Source: an uncultured Desulfobacteraceae bacterium
GTDB lineage: Bacteria; Desulfobacterota; Desulfobacteria; Desulfobacterales; Desulfosalsimonadaceae
Direction of reading: 5' to 3'
Length of the DNA: 42,292 nucleotides
NCBI GenBank assembly: GCA_964481615.1
Contig: CAYZXZ010000002.1
Span: forward strand, 1 to 42,292
The position numbers and the translations under genes were made by a program. Numbering within the stretch: position 1 is the first letter of the stretch; the number at the start of each line of letters is the position of its first letter. Shown here in pieces: positions 8,979-18,907 of this stretch. The notes below the pieces were generated by a model. It saw only the letters and a list, made by a program, of their open reading frames with translations, was not told where the DNA came from and made no database searches.

Positions 8979-9776
8979 TCAATATCCTATCGACCATCCA
9001 TACCAATACCAATGAATCAGTTCCTGACCGATAAGCACATGGGCGATGGCGCCGCTGGCCAGAAACGGGCCGAAGGGGAGTGCGTATTTAAGATCTTTTT
9101 GAAGGACCATCATGACAAGAACGCCGATGACCGTACCCACCGCCGAGCTGATAAAAATCGTCACCAGTACCCCCTGCCAGCCGATAAACGCGCCGATCAT
9201 GGCCAGCAGTTTGATATCACCGCCGCCCATGCCTTCATTGCCGGTCATTGCATGATACCCCCATGCCAAGGCGTACAGAATGCCTCCGCCGATAAGTACA
9301 CCCAGACATGCATCCGGAAAACCAACGGCCGGCAGCGCCAGGGATGCAACCAGGCCGACCGGAATGCCAGGCAGGGAAATAATATCGAGAATGATCTTAT
9401 GATCGATGTCAATCCCCGATACCACGATGAGCGTGGCGATAAAGGCAAAATAGATCAGTGATTCAACGGTTAGGCCGAATTTTACGACAACGGCCAAGGC
9501 GGCAAGGCCGGTCAGCAATTCAATAGCCGGGTAGCGGATGGATATGGTCTGTCTGCAGAAACGGCATTTTCCCTTGAGCCAGAGATAGCTCAATATGGGA
9601 ATGTTGTCATAAAATCGAATGGGCGTCCGGCATGTAGGACACATGGAACCGGGCCGGACAATGGAGAGGGAGGCGGGAAGGCGGTAAATACAGACATTGA
9701 GAAAACTGCCGATGCAGGCTCCCATGATGAAAACCAGAAGCGGGATGATCCATGTCGGTGAAAATGCCGCTGTCAT
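8979..9776 (-). CDS. pilD: prepilin peptidase / N-methyltransferase (A24 family)
   Basis: Zinc-binding CPTC...CRFC pairs, DNIPILSY, and a GGGDIKL aspartyl-protease motif in a polytopic membrane protein. Confidence 0.9.
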   Translation of the reverse strand: MTAAFSPTWIIPLLVFIMGACIGSFLNVCIYRLPASLSIVRPGSMCPTCRTPIRFYDNIPILSYLWLKGKCRFCRQTISIRYPAIELLTGLAALAVVVKFGLTVESLIYFAFIATLIVVSGIDIDHKIILDIISLPGIPVGLVASLALPAVGFPDACLGVLIGGGILYALAWGYHAMTGNEGMGGGDIKLLAMIGAFIGWQGVLVTIFISSAVGTVIGVLVMMVLQKDLKYALPFGPFLASGAIAHVLIGQELIHWYWYGWSIGY

Positions 9777-9893
9777 AGCAAAATACCTTGATCTTTGGGT
9801 TGTATGTTTTGTGCATGGATGCCATAAGCGGGTTTCCGTTAAAGCACCGTTTGCAACAGGTATGGATTACATATCACATTTACCGATGTATGA

Positions 9894-9919
9894 CATTAAT
9901 TTATGGCATTAATTTATGG
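9894..9919. repeat. perfect tandem duplication of the 13-mer CATTAATTTATGG
   Basis: 9894-9906 and 9907-9919 are identical. The repeat lies in the divergent pilD-lon intergenic region. Confidence 0.9.
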
Positions 9920-10084
9920 CTTGCAAAAATCAATAAATCAATTGATCTTCCATATCAAACATATTAGGAAACGGGGCGACCGTCGATTTTTTCATTGACA
10001 TCATACTGTTGCCGACGGAAAAAGGTTATAATGTTGAATATGATCCCATCGGATCATTTGTTAATCATGAATGCAGGTGTGTAA

Positions 10085-12508
10085 ATGGCTGAAATGGATA
10101 AAGACGATATCGTCAGTATTCTTGAGGAGCGCGACGATAAAACCCGTATGCCGGACAAATTGCCGCTTCTTCCGGTGCGGGACGTGGTGGTGTTCACGGA
10201 CATGGTGCTGCCGCTTTTTATCGGACGTGATAAATCCGTTAAAGCGGTGGAATCCGCCATGCGAAAAGACCGGCTCCTGTTTCTGGTCACCCAGAAAGAC
10301 CCGGCGATGGAAGACCCCAGGCCGGATGACGTTTATCATATCGGCACCGTCTGCCGGATCCTTCGTGTTGTCAAGCTTCCGGATGGCAATTTCAAAACCC
10401 TGATTCAGGGTATCGATAAAGGCAGAATCACGCGTTTTATCAGTCAAAAAAGCATATATAATGTAAAAATTGAAGTCATTAAGGATATATATTATGGACA
10501 ACTTAATGTAGAACATCAGGCTTTAATGAGAACTATCCGAGAAAACTGTGAAAAGATATTAACCATTCGTGGCGATTTCACAACGGAAATCGGCATCCTT
10601 TTAAATGAAATTGAAGATCCCGGCAAACTGGCGGATCTGGTCTCATCGAATCTGAATCTCAAGATCGAGGAAGCCCAGGAATTACTCGAATTAACGGACC
10701 CCATCGACCGTCTGCGGAAAGCCAATGCGTTGCTTTCCCGAGAGGTTGAACTCTCCATGGTGCAGGCCAAAATCCAGAGCAATGTCCGGGATGAAATATC
10801 GAAAAGTCAGCGGGACTATTTCCTGCGGGAACAGATGCGCGCCATCAATAAGGAACTGGGCGAATTTGACGAAAAAGCTGAAGAGATCAATACGTATAAA
10901 AAGCAGCTCAAACGCGCCAAGCTCCCGCCCGAGGCCCGTAAAGAAGCGGAAAAACAGCTTAAACGGCTTGATCAGGTCCACCCGGATGCATCTGAATCCT
11001 CCGTGATCCGCTCCTATCTCGAATGGCTCATCGAACTTCCCTGGAGCAAATCCACCCGGGATGTGCTCGATATTCCGGCGGCAAAAAAAATTCTGGACAA
11101 GCATCATCACGGACTCGAAAACGTCAAAGACCGGATACTGGAATACCTGAGCGTTCGAAAACTCAACCCGAAGAAAAAGGGGCAGATCCTCTGTTTTGTC
11201 GGGCCGCCGGGCGTTGGAAAAACTTCTCTTGGCCAGGCCATTGCAAAAGCCATGAATCGAAAATTTTTCAGGGTTTCCCTTGGCGGCATCCGTGACGAGG
11301 CGGAAATCAGGGGGCACCGGAGAACCTATATCGGCGCTATGCCTGGCCGTATCCTTCAGGGCATGAAGCAATGCGGCAAAAACAATCCGATATTCATGAT
11401 GGATGAGATCGACAAGATCGGCGTGGATTTCCGGGGCGATCCTGCCTCTGCCCTGCTGGAAGCACTTGATCCGGAACAGAATACGAATTTCAGCGATCAT
11501 TATCTCAATATCCCTTTTGATCTGTCGAATGTCATGTTTATTCTGACCGCCAACATGACCGATACGATCCCTTCGGCCCTGCTCGACCGGATGGAAGTGA
11601 TTTACCTGTCGGGATATACCGCCGATGAGAAAGCCGCCATTGTGCGGACCCATCTGCTGACGCGCCAGATCGCTGATCACGGGTTGACCCAAAAAAAGGT
11701 TTCCTTCAGCGACAGTGCCGTCCGACAGATCATCGAGGAATACACCTCCGAAGCCGGATTGCGTAACCTCGAGCGGGAACTGGCCACCGTCTGCCGGAAA
11801 ATCGCCCGGCAGATCGCCGAGGGAAAAAAGGGATCCTTTGTTGTCACCAGGAACAACCTTCAGAAATACCTGGGCGTGGCCAAGTTCATTCCGGAAATGG
11901 ATCAGGAGGAGAGCCAGATCGGCCTGGCTACGGGGCTGGCCTGGACCCACGTGGGCGGCGAAGTGCTCTATGTCGAGGCCTCATTGCTGGAAGGCAAGGG
12001 AGATCTGATCATCACCGGCCAATTGGGGGAAGTGATGCAGGAGTCGGCCAGGGCAGCGGTCAGTTATGCACGATCCCACTGCCAGTCTTTCGGTTTGAAT
12101 AAAAATTTTTTTGAAAATCTCGATATCCATATTCATGTGCCCGCGGGCGCGATCCCCAAGGATGGCCCGTCCGCCGGCATCGCAATGGCAACGGCCCTGA
12201 TATCGGCCATCACCGGGAAACCCGTCAACACGGACGTGGCCATGACCGGAGAAATCACCCTTCGGGGCCGGATTCTGCCCATCGGCGGTCTGCGCGAAAA
12301 ATCGATCGGCGCCATCCGGGCAGGCATCAAGACCATTATTATTCCGGAAAAAAACAAAAAGGAATTGACGGAGATCCCCAAGGTCGTCAAGCGCAAAATC
12401 AAGTTCATGCCCGTCTCCCATATTGATGAGGTCATCACCATCGCCATCGGCAAGGATGCCTTTCGTCCCGCGCCGGCCGAAAAAAAAGCGCGCAAGAAAA
12501 AGAAATGA
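10085..12508 (+). CDS. lon: ATP-dependent Lon protease
   Basis: LON N-domain, Walker A GPPGVGKTS, and catalytic PKDGPSAG...K dyad. 807 aa. Confidence 0.97.
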   Translation: MAEMDKDDIVSILEERDDKTRMPDKLPLLPVRDVVVFTDMVLPLFIGRDKSVKAVESAMRKDRLLFLVTQKDPAMEDPRPDDVYHIGTVCRILRVVKLPDGNFKTLIQGIDKGRITRFISQKSIYNVKIEVIKDIYYGQLNVEHQALMRTIRENCEKILTIRGDFTTEIGILLNEIEDPGKLADLVSSNLNLKIEEAQELLELTDPIDRLRKANALLSREVELSMVQAKIQSNVRDEISKSQRDYFLREQMRAINKELGEFDEKAEEINTYKKQLKRAKLPPEARKEAEKQLKRLDQVHPDASESSVIRSYLEWLIELPWSKSTRDVLDIPAAKKILDKHHHGLENVKDRILEYLSVRKLNPKKKGQILCFVGPPGVGKTSLGQAIAKAMNRKFFRVSLGGIRDEAEIRGHRRTYIGAMPGRILQGMKQCGKNNPIFMMDEIDKIGVDFRGDPASALLEALDPEQNTNFSDHYLNIPFDLSNVMFILTANMTDTIPSALLDRMEVIYLSGYTADEKAAIVRTHLLTRQIADHGLTQKKVSFSDSAVRQIIEEYTSEAGLRNLERELATVCRKIARQIAEGKKGSFVVTRNNLQKYLGVAKFIPEMDQEESQIGLATGLAWTHVGGEVLYVEASLLEGKGDLIITGQLGEVMQESARAAVSYARSHCQSFGLNKNFFENLDIHIHVPAGAIPKDGPSAGIAMATALISAITGKPVNTDVAMTGEITLRGRILPIGGLREKSIGAIRAGIKTIIIPEKNKKELTEIPKVVKRKIKFMPVSHIDEVITIAIGKDAFRPAPAEKKARKKKK

Positions 12509-12526
12509 AGGCCGGTTGGATGTATC

Positions 12527-13210
12527 ATGAAAATCCTTTCCGTTGATACGGCCACCAAAACATGCAGTACGGCCATTGTCTGTGATGACGCCGTGCTTGC
12601 CGAAACCGTCCTCGACCATGGAGAGACTCATACTCGGGTCCTGATGAAGATCATCTGCGACATGCTTTCGGACGCCGGGATGCGCACGACAGATATCGAC
12701 GGCTTTGCCGTCACCATCGGACCGGGGAGTTTCACGGGGCTTCGCATCGGCCTCGCCACGGTTAAGGGGCTGGCCTTTGCAGCAGGGAAACCGATTGCCG
12801 GCATTTCCACCCTCGACGCCCTGGCAGCTCCTTTTACCGACGCGACCGGCCATGTGTGCGCCATGATCGATGCCAGAAGAGGGGAGGTGTATACAGCCCT
12901 TTACCGGTGCGGTTCTTCGCGCTTGATTCCCGACGGCCCGGCTCGGGCTGCATCCCCTGATCAAGCCATTGTGGACATTTCCGGTCCCGCGCTTTTTGTG
13001 GGCGACGGGGCCTTGGCCTACAAGGACCGGATTATGGCCGAACTCGGGGAAAACGCCCGATTTGCAGAACCAGGACAGCATGTGATCCGGGCATCTGCCG
13101 TGGGAAAACTCGGTATGGAGCGGATCATTGCCGGTGAAATCGTCGATGCCTTCACCCTGGTTCCGGTTTATCTGCGCAGATCGGATGCGGAAAAAAAGAT
13201 CTCAGGATAG
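12527..13210 (+). CDS. tsaB: tRNA threonylcarbamoyladenosine (t6A) biosynthesis protein TsaB
   Basis: MKILSVDTAT...GPGSFTGLRIG, a YeaZ-type fold. Confidence 0.9.
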   Translation: MKILSVDTATKTCSTAIVCDDAVLAETVLDHGETHTRVLMKIICDMLSDAGMRTTDIDGFAVTIGPGSFTGLRIGLATVKGLAFAAGKPIAGISTLDALAAPFTDATGHVCAMIDARRGEVYTALYRCGSSRLIPDGPARAASPDQAIVDISGPALFVGDGALAYKDRIMAELGENARFAEPGQHVIRASAVGKLGMERIIAGEIVDAFTLVPVYLRRSDAEKKISG

Positions 13211-13248
13211 GGAAAGCCCCATGAATACCCGATGCTTTCCTGTTTTTG

Positions 13249-13276
13249 TTGACTTCATCAATATCGCTGATATAAA
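13249..13276 (+). promoter_or_regulatory. candidate sigma-70 promoter for psd
   Basis: TTGACT (13249-13254), a 16-nt spacer, then TATAAA (13271-13276) preceded by TGA (extended -10 form). It lies 77 nt upstream of ATG 13353. Confidence 0.5.
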
Positions 13277-13352
13277 GAACAATTACCGTTCCAAAGGGAG
13301 CGGGTATGGCGGCCCCGAAAAAAGGGTCGAATATACTTTCGAGGTTTTTGCG

Positions 13353-14027
13353 ATGACCCAAAAATATGTATGGGCCGACCCGCCGGCACAGACGGCTTTT
13401 CCCATTGCACGGCCCGGTCTGCCTTTTATTTTCGCAGCGGCATTTGTCACCTTTGTTCTGGCACTTGCGGGTTTCGGCATCGCCGCCCTGATCGGCATTG
13501 CCATCACTCTTTTTATATGTTATTTTTTCAGGGATCCGGACAGGGTCACGCCGGATGTTGCCGATGCGGTCATCTGCCCGGCCGACGGCAGGGTTGTTTT
13601 TACCGGCATTGTCGAGACCAATCCGTTTCTGCCGGGTCGACGCATGAAAATCGGCATTTTCATGTCGGTTTTCAACGTGCATGTAAATCGTGTGCCCATG
13701 ACCGGCAGGATCGAAAAAATATCCTATTTCCCCGGAACGTTCATGCCGGCAGACCGGTCGGCCGCATCCACGAAAAACGAACATAACGCCGTGATCATAG
13801 AAACCGTTGCCGGCGTCAAAATCGGGTTCGTTCAGGTAGCCGGACGGATCGCAAGGCGCATTATCTGCAACGTAAGGGAAGGGGATGCCATGGCCGCTGG
13901 TCAGCGATTCGGAATGATCTGTTTCGGATCACGTGTGGATGTCTATCTGCCGCCGGAAACAAAACCCGATGTCCGGAAGGGCGACCATGTTCAAGCAGGG
14001 ACGACGATACTGGGTCGGATGCAATAG
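13353..14027 (+). CDS. psd: phosphatidylserine decarboxylase family proenzyme (short, membrane-anchored type)
   Basis: Two N-terminal TM helices and an FGSRVDVYLP self-cleavage (G-S) site. The ORF-track start at 13128 overlaps tsaB, so ATG 13353 with GAGG upstream is preferred. Confidence 0.85.
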   Translation: MTQKYVWADPPAQTAFPIARPGLPFIFAAAFVTFVLALAGFGIAALIGIAITLFICYFFRDPDRVTPDVADAVICPADGRVVFTGIVETNPFLPGRRMKIGIFMSVFNVHVNRVPMTGRIEKISYFPGTFMPADRSAASTKNEHNAVIIETVAGVKIGFVQVAGRIARRIICNVREGDAMAAGQRFGMICFGSRVDVYLPPETKPDVRKGDHVQAGTTILGRMQ

Positions 14028-14103
14028 CCTACGGTCTTTTTGTTTGTCGCGCAAATCCGGAAATTTTACCATATCGAATCAATTCATGATTTTGTAATAA
14101 TGT

Positions 14104-14137
14104 GATGGTCCTGCAAAGACGCCTTTGCGGGACCATC
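14104..14137 (+). promoter_or_regulatory. 15-bp hairpin in the psd-leuB intergenic region (psd terminator or leuB leader structure)
   Basis: GATGGTCCTGCAAAG-ACGC-CTTTGCGGGACCATC, with one G-U pair. The sequence after it is ATCTTTAATATT, a poor U-tract. Confidence 0.45.
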
Positions 14138-14179
14138 ATCTTTAATATTGACGGCATCAACAAGGGAGGCATGAATTAC

Positions 14180-15256
14180 ATGGCAAGGAAATATCAGATC
14201 GCGGTCGTTCCCGGAGACGGCACAGGACCGGAAGTTGTGGCCGAAGGAATCAAAACATTGAATGCCGCGTCCGCCAGACATGGGTTTGAACTACAGTACA
14301 CGACCCATACCATCGGCGGCGAACATTATAAAAAAACCGGGGAAATCCTGCCGGATCACGTGATCGAGTCCCTTTCCGGCGCGGACGCGATTTTTCTGGG
14401 CGCCATCGGGCATCCGGACGTCAAGCCGGGAATTCTTGAACAGGGGATTCTGTTGAAACTGCGATTCACCCTCGACCAGTACATCAACCTTCGGCCCGTC
14501 AAACTCTATGAAGGGGTTTCAACACCGTTGAAAAACAAAACCTCCAAAGACATCGATTTTGTCGTTGTACGGGAAAACAGCGAAGGTCTTTACGCCGGTG
14601 CGGGCGGATGCCTGAAACGGGGAACACCGGATGAGGTGGCGATCCAGGATTCCATCAATACCCGAAAAGGGGTGGAACGCTGCATCCGGTATGCCTTTGA
14701 ATACTGCCGGAAACGCAACAAAGCAAAAAAACTGACGCTGTGCGGCAAGACCAATGTCCTGACCTATGCCTTTGATCTCTGGGAACGAACGTTTAATGAA
14801 GTGGCAAAGGAATATCCGGATATTGAAACCGATTACGCCCACGTGGATGCCATCTGCATGTGGATGGTAAAGAATCCGGAATGGTTCGACGTCATTGTGA
14901 CCGATAATATGTTCGGAGATATCATCACCGACCTCGGTGCCATGATCCAGGGCGGCATGGGAATCGCCGCCGGCGGCAACATCAACCCTGAAGGCGTTTC
15001 CATGTTTGAACCCATCGGTGGATCCGCACCCCGCTATACCGGCAAGGGAGTGATCAACCCCATCGCTGCCATTTTATCCACCCATCTGCTTCTCGATACC
15101 ATCGGCGAACCTGATGCGGCCGTATCCGTCGAATCCGCAGTCAAGAAAGTCTTAAGAGACGACATCAAGGATGTCGCCGCCGGAAAGATGGGCTATACAA
15201 CAAGCGAACTGGGCGATCTTATCGCCAGATACATTACAGACGGCACAGGAGTCTAG
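14180..15256 (+). CDS. leuB: 3-isopropylmalate dehydrogenase family protein
   Basis: [16 protein letters not shown]...DQYINLRP...[10 protein letters not shown]...GSAP. GGGAGG lies 10 nt upstream of ATG 14180. Confidence 0.85.
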   Translation: MARKYQIAVVPGDGTGPEVVAEGIKTLNAASARHGFELQYTTHTIGGEHYKKTGEILPDHVIESLSGADAIFLGAIGHPDVKPGILEQGILLKLRFTLDQYINLRPVKLYEGVSTPLKNKTSKDIDFVVVRENSEGLYAGAGGCLKRGTPDEVAIQDSINTRKGVERCIRYAFEYCRKRNKAKKLTLCGKTNVLTYAFDLWERTFNEVAKEYPDIETDYAHVDAICMWMVKNPEWFDVIVTDNMFGDIITDLGAMIQGGMGIAAGGNINPEGVSMFEPIGGSAPRYTGKGVINPIAAILSTHLLLDTIGEPDAAVSVESAVKKVLRDDIKDVAAGKMGYTTSELGDLIARYITDGTGV

Positions 15257-15258
15257 CG

Positions 15259-15726
15259 GTGGAACAGATACCGATGACCCGACAAGGATATGAAACGCTT
15301 CGAAACGAGCTTCATCGTTGTAAAGCGATCCTTCGGCCCCAGACCATAAGGGCCATCGAAGAGGCCCGGGCACACGGCGATCTTTCGGAAAACGCCGAAT
15401 ATTCAGCGGCAAAGGAACGCCAGGGATTTATCGAGGGGCGGATCAATGAACTTGAATACAAGCTGGCCCATGCCAATGTCATTGATCCGTCAAAGCTCAG
15501 CAAGGACAGCGCCCTGTTCGGCTGCATCGTGGTGCTGGAAAATGTTGACACCGGAGAAGAAGTCGAGTACCAGCTGGTCGGCCCGGATGAATCGGACGTC
15601 AAGGAAGGCCGCATATCCGTGACATCGCCCATCGGCAAAGCCCTTCTGGGCAAGAAACTCGGGGATGAAATTGTGATTCAGGTGCCGGCCGGCCAGCGGC
15701 ATTACGAAGTGATCGATATCCAGTAA
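15259..15726 (+). CDS. greA: transcription elongation factor GreA
   Basis: [15 protein letters not shown]...[18 protein letters not shown] start with AGGAG (15247-15251). Confidence 0.93.
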   Translation: MEQIPMTRQGYETLRNELHRCKAILRPQTIRAIEEARAHGDLSENAEYSAAKERQGFIEGRINELEYKLAHANVIDPSKLSKDSALFGCIVVLENVDTGEEVEYQLVGPDESDVKEGRISVTSPIGKALLGKKLGDEIVIQVPAGQRHYEVIDIQ

Positions 15727-15799
15727 CGGTGCTTTCCCTTATGCCGGAATTTTCCGGCGGATCAGAAAGAACCGTCAATCGCAGTTTGGAGGTAATAGT

Positions 15800-16003
15800 A
15801 TGGCAAGGGTCACGATTGAAGATTGTCTGAAACGCATACCCAACCGTTTTTTGCTGGTGCATGTGACCACAAAACGCGTTCGTCAGATTTTGGACGGCAG
15901 CCCACTGCTCATCAAGGCATCCGGTAATGAAAATGTCGTCACAGCGTTACGGGAAATCGCATCCGGAAAGGTGTTTGTCAAACAAGACAAAACAAAGGAA
16001 TGA
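15800..16003 (+). CDS. rpoZ: DNA-directed RNA polymerase subunit omega
   Basis: MARVTIEDCLKRIPNRFLLVHVTTKRVRQI. 67 aa. Confidence 0.92.
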   Translation: MARVTIEDCLKRIPNRFLLVHVTTKRVRQILDGSPLLIKASGNENVVTALREIASGKVFVKQDKTKE

Positions 16004-16746
16004 TTCCTTTGCGCCGCACACCCGGAACTGACGATGACTATCGTCACCTGAACCGGGATATCGGCAGGGCCGTCAATGATTACCGCATGATTGAAGACGG
16101 CGACCGGATCCTTGTGGGAGTGTCCGGAGGCAAAGACAGCCTCACGTTGCTCTGGGCGTTAACGGAACGGCTTTCGCGCATTCCCGTGTCGTATGTCTTG
16201 TACGGTGTTTATGTGGACCCCGGTTTTGAACCGGGTTTTGCCCGTGATCTGGCTGAATGGGCGCGCACGCATGGTTTTTCTCTGCGGGTGGAGCATACTG
16301 ATTGCGGCATTGTGGCCCACAGTGAAACAAATCGCGAAAATCCCTGTTTCCTGTGTGCGCGACTTCGCCGGAAACGTATTTTTGAAGTCGCGGATGAACT
16401 CAATTGCAATAAAGTTGCTTTCGGACATCACAAGGACGATATTATTGAAACTTTTTTCATCAATGTCTGCTATGCGGGCGCCATGTACACCATGCGACCG
16501 AAGCAGGCGTTTTTTGACGGCAAGATTACCGTGATCCGTCCGATGGCCTATGTTGATGAAGAACGGATCAAACGATTTTCCGAGGACGCCGGATTCCCAA
16601 AGTTTGATAACCCGTGTCCCACAGCCAGGGTTTCCCGACGCATGGAAATCAAAACGCTGTTGAAACAATTTTACAGGAGTAACAGGAATATAAAAGGAAA
16701 TATTTTCCGTTCGTTGCGACGCGTCAAACCGGAATATTTTCTTTAA
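16000..16746 (+). CDS. ttcA: tRNA 2-thiocytidine biosynthesis protein TtcA-like PP-loop ATPase
   Basis: PP-loop SGGKDS, CFLCARLRR, GHHKDDIIETFF and a C-terminal NPCP. The start overlaps the rpoZ stop (ATGA). Confidence 0.88.
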   Translation: MIPLRRTPGTDDDYRHLNRDIGRAVNDYRMIEDGDRILVGVSGGKDSLTLLWALTERLSRIPVSYVLYGVYVDPGFEPGFARDLAEWARTHGFSLRVEHTDCGIVAHSETNRENPCFLCARLRRKRIFEVADELNCNKVAFGHHKDDIIETFFINVCYAGAMYTMRPKQAFFDGKITVIRPMAYVDEERIKRFSEDAGFPKFDNPCPTARVSRRMEIKTLLKQFYRSNRNIKGNIFRSLRRVKPEYFL

Positions 16747-16824
16747 ATCACCGATGCCCGTGCAGGGCATGGGCCAAAACGGGGGGCGTCCGTGAAATCG
16801 ACGGAACCGGGCTGTGGCCAAGCA

Positions 16825-17604
16825 ATGAAAGATATCCAGAACGAGCCGGATTACCGGAATATCGACATCGACAAGGTCGGCATCAAGGGATTACGCTATC
16901 CCATCGCCGTGCTCGACCAAAACCGCGGTGAACAGAATACCATTGCGTCCATCAACATGTATGTGGATCTTCCCCATGAATGCAAGGGAACCCACATGAG
17001 TCGTTTTGTGGAGCTGCTGCACCTGTTTCGGCCCCAGATTTCCTTAAGGACGTTTTCCGAGATCCTAACCCAGATGAAGCAGCATCTCAACGCTGCATCC
17101 GCCCACATCGAGGTGACCTTTCCCTATTTTATCGAAAAGTGCGCACCAATCAGCGGGGCTGCCGGTCTCATGGATTACACATGCAAGCTGATCGGCACCA
17201 TCAATCCCGAAGGCCGGATCGACCTGGTTTCAGAAGTGATCGTTCCCATATCCTCGGTCTGCCCGTGCTCAAAGGAAATCAGCAGCGAAGGCGCCCATAA
17301 CCAGCGCGGCATGGTTCACCTAAAAACGCGGTTTAAAAAATTCATTTGGATCGAAGACATGATTGCGCTGGTGGAAAAAGCCGCGTCATGCGAGGTCTAT
17401 TCGGTGCTCAAACGGGCCGATGAGAAATACATCACGGAAAAGGGATTTTCCAATCCGAAATTTGTCGAAGATATTGTCCGTGATATCGCCTTTGCGCTCA
17501 ATTCAGACAAAAACATCACCTGGTTTTCCGTGGAAGTGGAAAACTTCGAATCCATCCACAACCACAATGCTTACGCCTCCATCACCCGCGGACAGAAACC
17601 GTAG
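16825..17604 (+). CDS. folE2: GTP cyclohydrolase I type 2 (FolE2/MptA family)
   Basis: DYRNIDIDKVGIKGLRYPI...CKGTHMSRF...SVCPCSKEIS. ATG 16825 is preferred to the GTG at 16792. Confidence 0.9.
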   Translation: MKDIQNEPDYRNIDIDKVGIKGLRYPIAVLDQNRGEQNTIASINMYVDLPHECKGTHMSRFVELLHLFRPQISLRTFSEILTQMKQHLNAASAHIEVTFPYFIEKCAPISGAAGLMDYTCKLIGTINPEGRIDLVSEVIVPISSVCPCSKEISSEGAHNQRGMVHLKTRFKKFIWIEDMIALVEKAASCEVYSVLKRADEKYITEKGFSNPKFVEDIVRDIAFALNSDKNITWFSVEVENFESIHNHNAYASITRGQKP

Positions 17605-17670
17605 TTGCGCGCGGCACATAACCGCATCAGCCTTTTTTGCGTTGCCATAAAATTTTACCAAACTTCCGGG

Positions 17671-18894
17671 TTATTGATCCAGGTGTGAGATAATTCGTTT
17701 AATAATGGGATCGACCGTTTTATCAGGCGTGTTCAACAGAATCACGTAACGATAGAGTTTGCCGCTGCCGGCGCGGATATAACCCACCCGGGTGCGGATC
17801 CCGGTTAGGGTACCGGTCTTGTAATAATCCCTGCCTTCTGTCTGCATCAGCGCATGATACGGGGCAAAGGCGTCTAATATTTTAAGAATCGCGGCCGCCG
17901 ACATCCGGTTTTCCCGGGAAAGGCCGGACCCTTCCGCCAGCGCCAAGTCTCCGATACCAAGAATATTATCCGAATACTGTTTTGCCGCAGCTACGCCTTT
18001 TTCAAGAGTTCCCGGCGTTCCGTAAACTGCGGCGCCAACGGAAATCAGCAACTGGTTTGCGATGTAATTGTTGGAGTATTTCAACAGCCGTTCGATGATG
18101 TCGGTGACGGAATATTCTGATTGATACCGGTAAATTAACCGGTCTTTGGCCGCATCGACCCTGCCGAGCCGTAACTTTCCAGTAATGGTCATACCGGCGG
18201 CCCGGAAAAAATGGATGAACAGCTCGCCGGAATAGTTGGTGATTTCTTCGCCGTCAAAGGAAAAAGTGATTCTTCCGGAATCGGGATTGTCCGTCCGGAT
18301 CCGCTTTAATGCCAGTGGGAGCAGGGGGGTCTGCGGTTCGGCGGAAACCGTAACACCTTTTTCACGTTTGAAATGCACGGTGTTGAAATTCACGCACAAG
18401 GCACCGTTGGGCGCATTGAAGGGATCGCGGGACAGGGTGGATGCGCCGGGAATATCGATGGGTTTGGCAAAGAAAGTATCATCCAACACGATGTCCGCAA
18501 CCACCGGTAAGCGCCGGGCAACTTGCACTGCGATTTTTTCAACGGTTTCCGAAATCAGCAGGGGATCGCCGTACCCCTTGATGATAAGGTTATTGTTTCC
18601 ATCCTGATAAAATTCCGTGTGAAAGCGATAATCCGGCCCGAGATGATGAATGGCCGCCAGAGCCGTAAAGACCTTCAGGGCCGATGCGGGAACCAGTTTC
18701 AGGTCGGCGTTTCTGCTGAAAATGACTTTTCCGCCTGGATCAGCCACCAGCACCGCATCCCGGCTGCTGATCCAACTGTCGATCCCGAAAGGATCGCCCG
18801 TTTGGGCATGCGGGCGGGAGCTGTCTGCCATCAGCAGGCAAAAGACGAGTGCCGGCATGATCCGGCGTATGAACAACAACCTGGTTTTTTGCAT
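17671..18894 (-). CDS. dacB: D-alanyl-D-alanine carboxypeptidase/endopeptidase (PBP4, S13 family)
   Basis: Signal peptide plus the three motifs SALK, YSNN and KTGT. Start chosen at MQKTRLLF (18894), just downstream of the dtd stop. Confidence 0.88.
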   Translation of the reverse strand: MQKTRLLFIRRIMPALVFCLLMADSSRPHAQTGDPFGIDSWISSRDAVLVADPGGKVIFSRNADLKLVPASALKVFTALAAIHHLGPDYRFHTEFYQDGNNNLIIKGYGDPLLISETVEKIAVQVARRLPVVADIVLDDTFFAKPIDIPGASTLSRDPFNAPNGALCVNFNTVHFKREKGVTVSAEPQTPLLPLALKRIRTDNPDSGRITFSFDGEEITNYSGELFIHFFRAAGMTITGKLRLGRVDAAKDRLIYRYQSEYSVTDIIERLLKYSNNYIANQLLISVGAAVYGTPGTLEKGVAAAKQYSDNILGIGDLALAEGSGLSRENRMSAAAILKILDAFAPYHALMQTEGRDYYKTGTLTGIRTRVGYIRAGSGKLYRYVILLNTPDKTVDPIIKRIISHLDQ

Positions 18895-18907
18895 GATCTG
18901 TAGTTTT

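Noticed and set aside
10691-11950. A 419-aa ORF on the minus strand.
   Set aside because: It lies entirely antisense to the well-supported lon gene. Its composition is Gly/Arg/Pro/Phe-rich and low in complexity, as is typical of shadow ORFs in GC-biased coding DNA, and I recognise no motifs.
11981-13081. A 366-aa ORF on the minus strand.
   Set aside because: It is antisense to the lon 3' end and tsaB. Its composition is that of a shadow ORF (Gly/Arg/Ala-rich), with no Shine-Dalgarno sequence and no recognisable domain.
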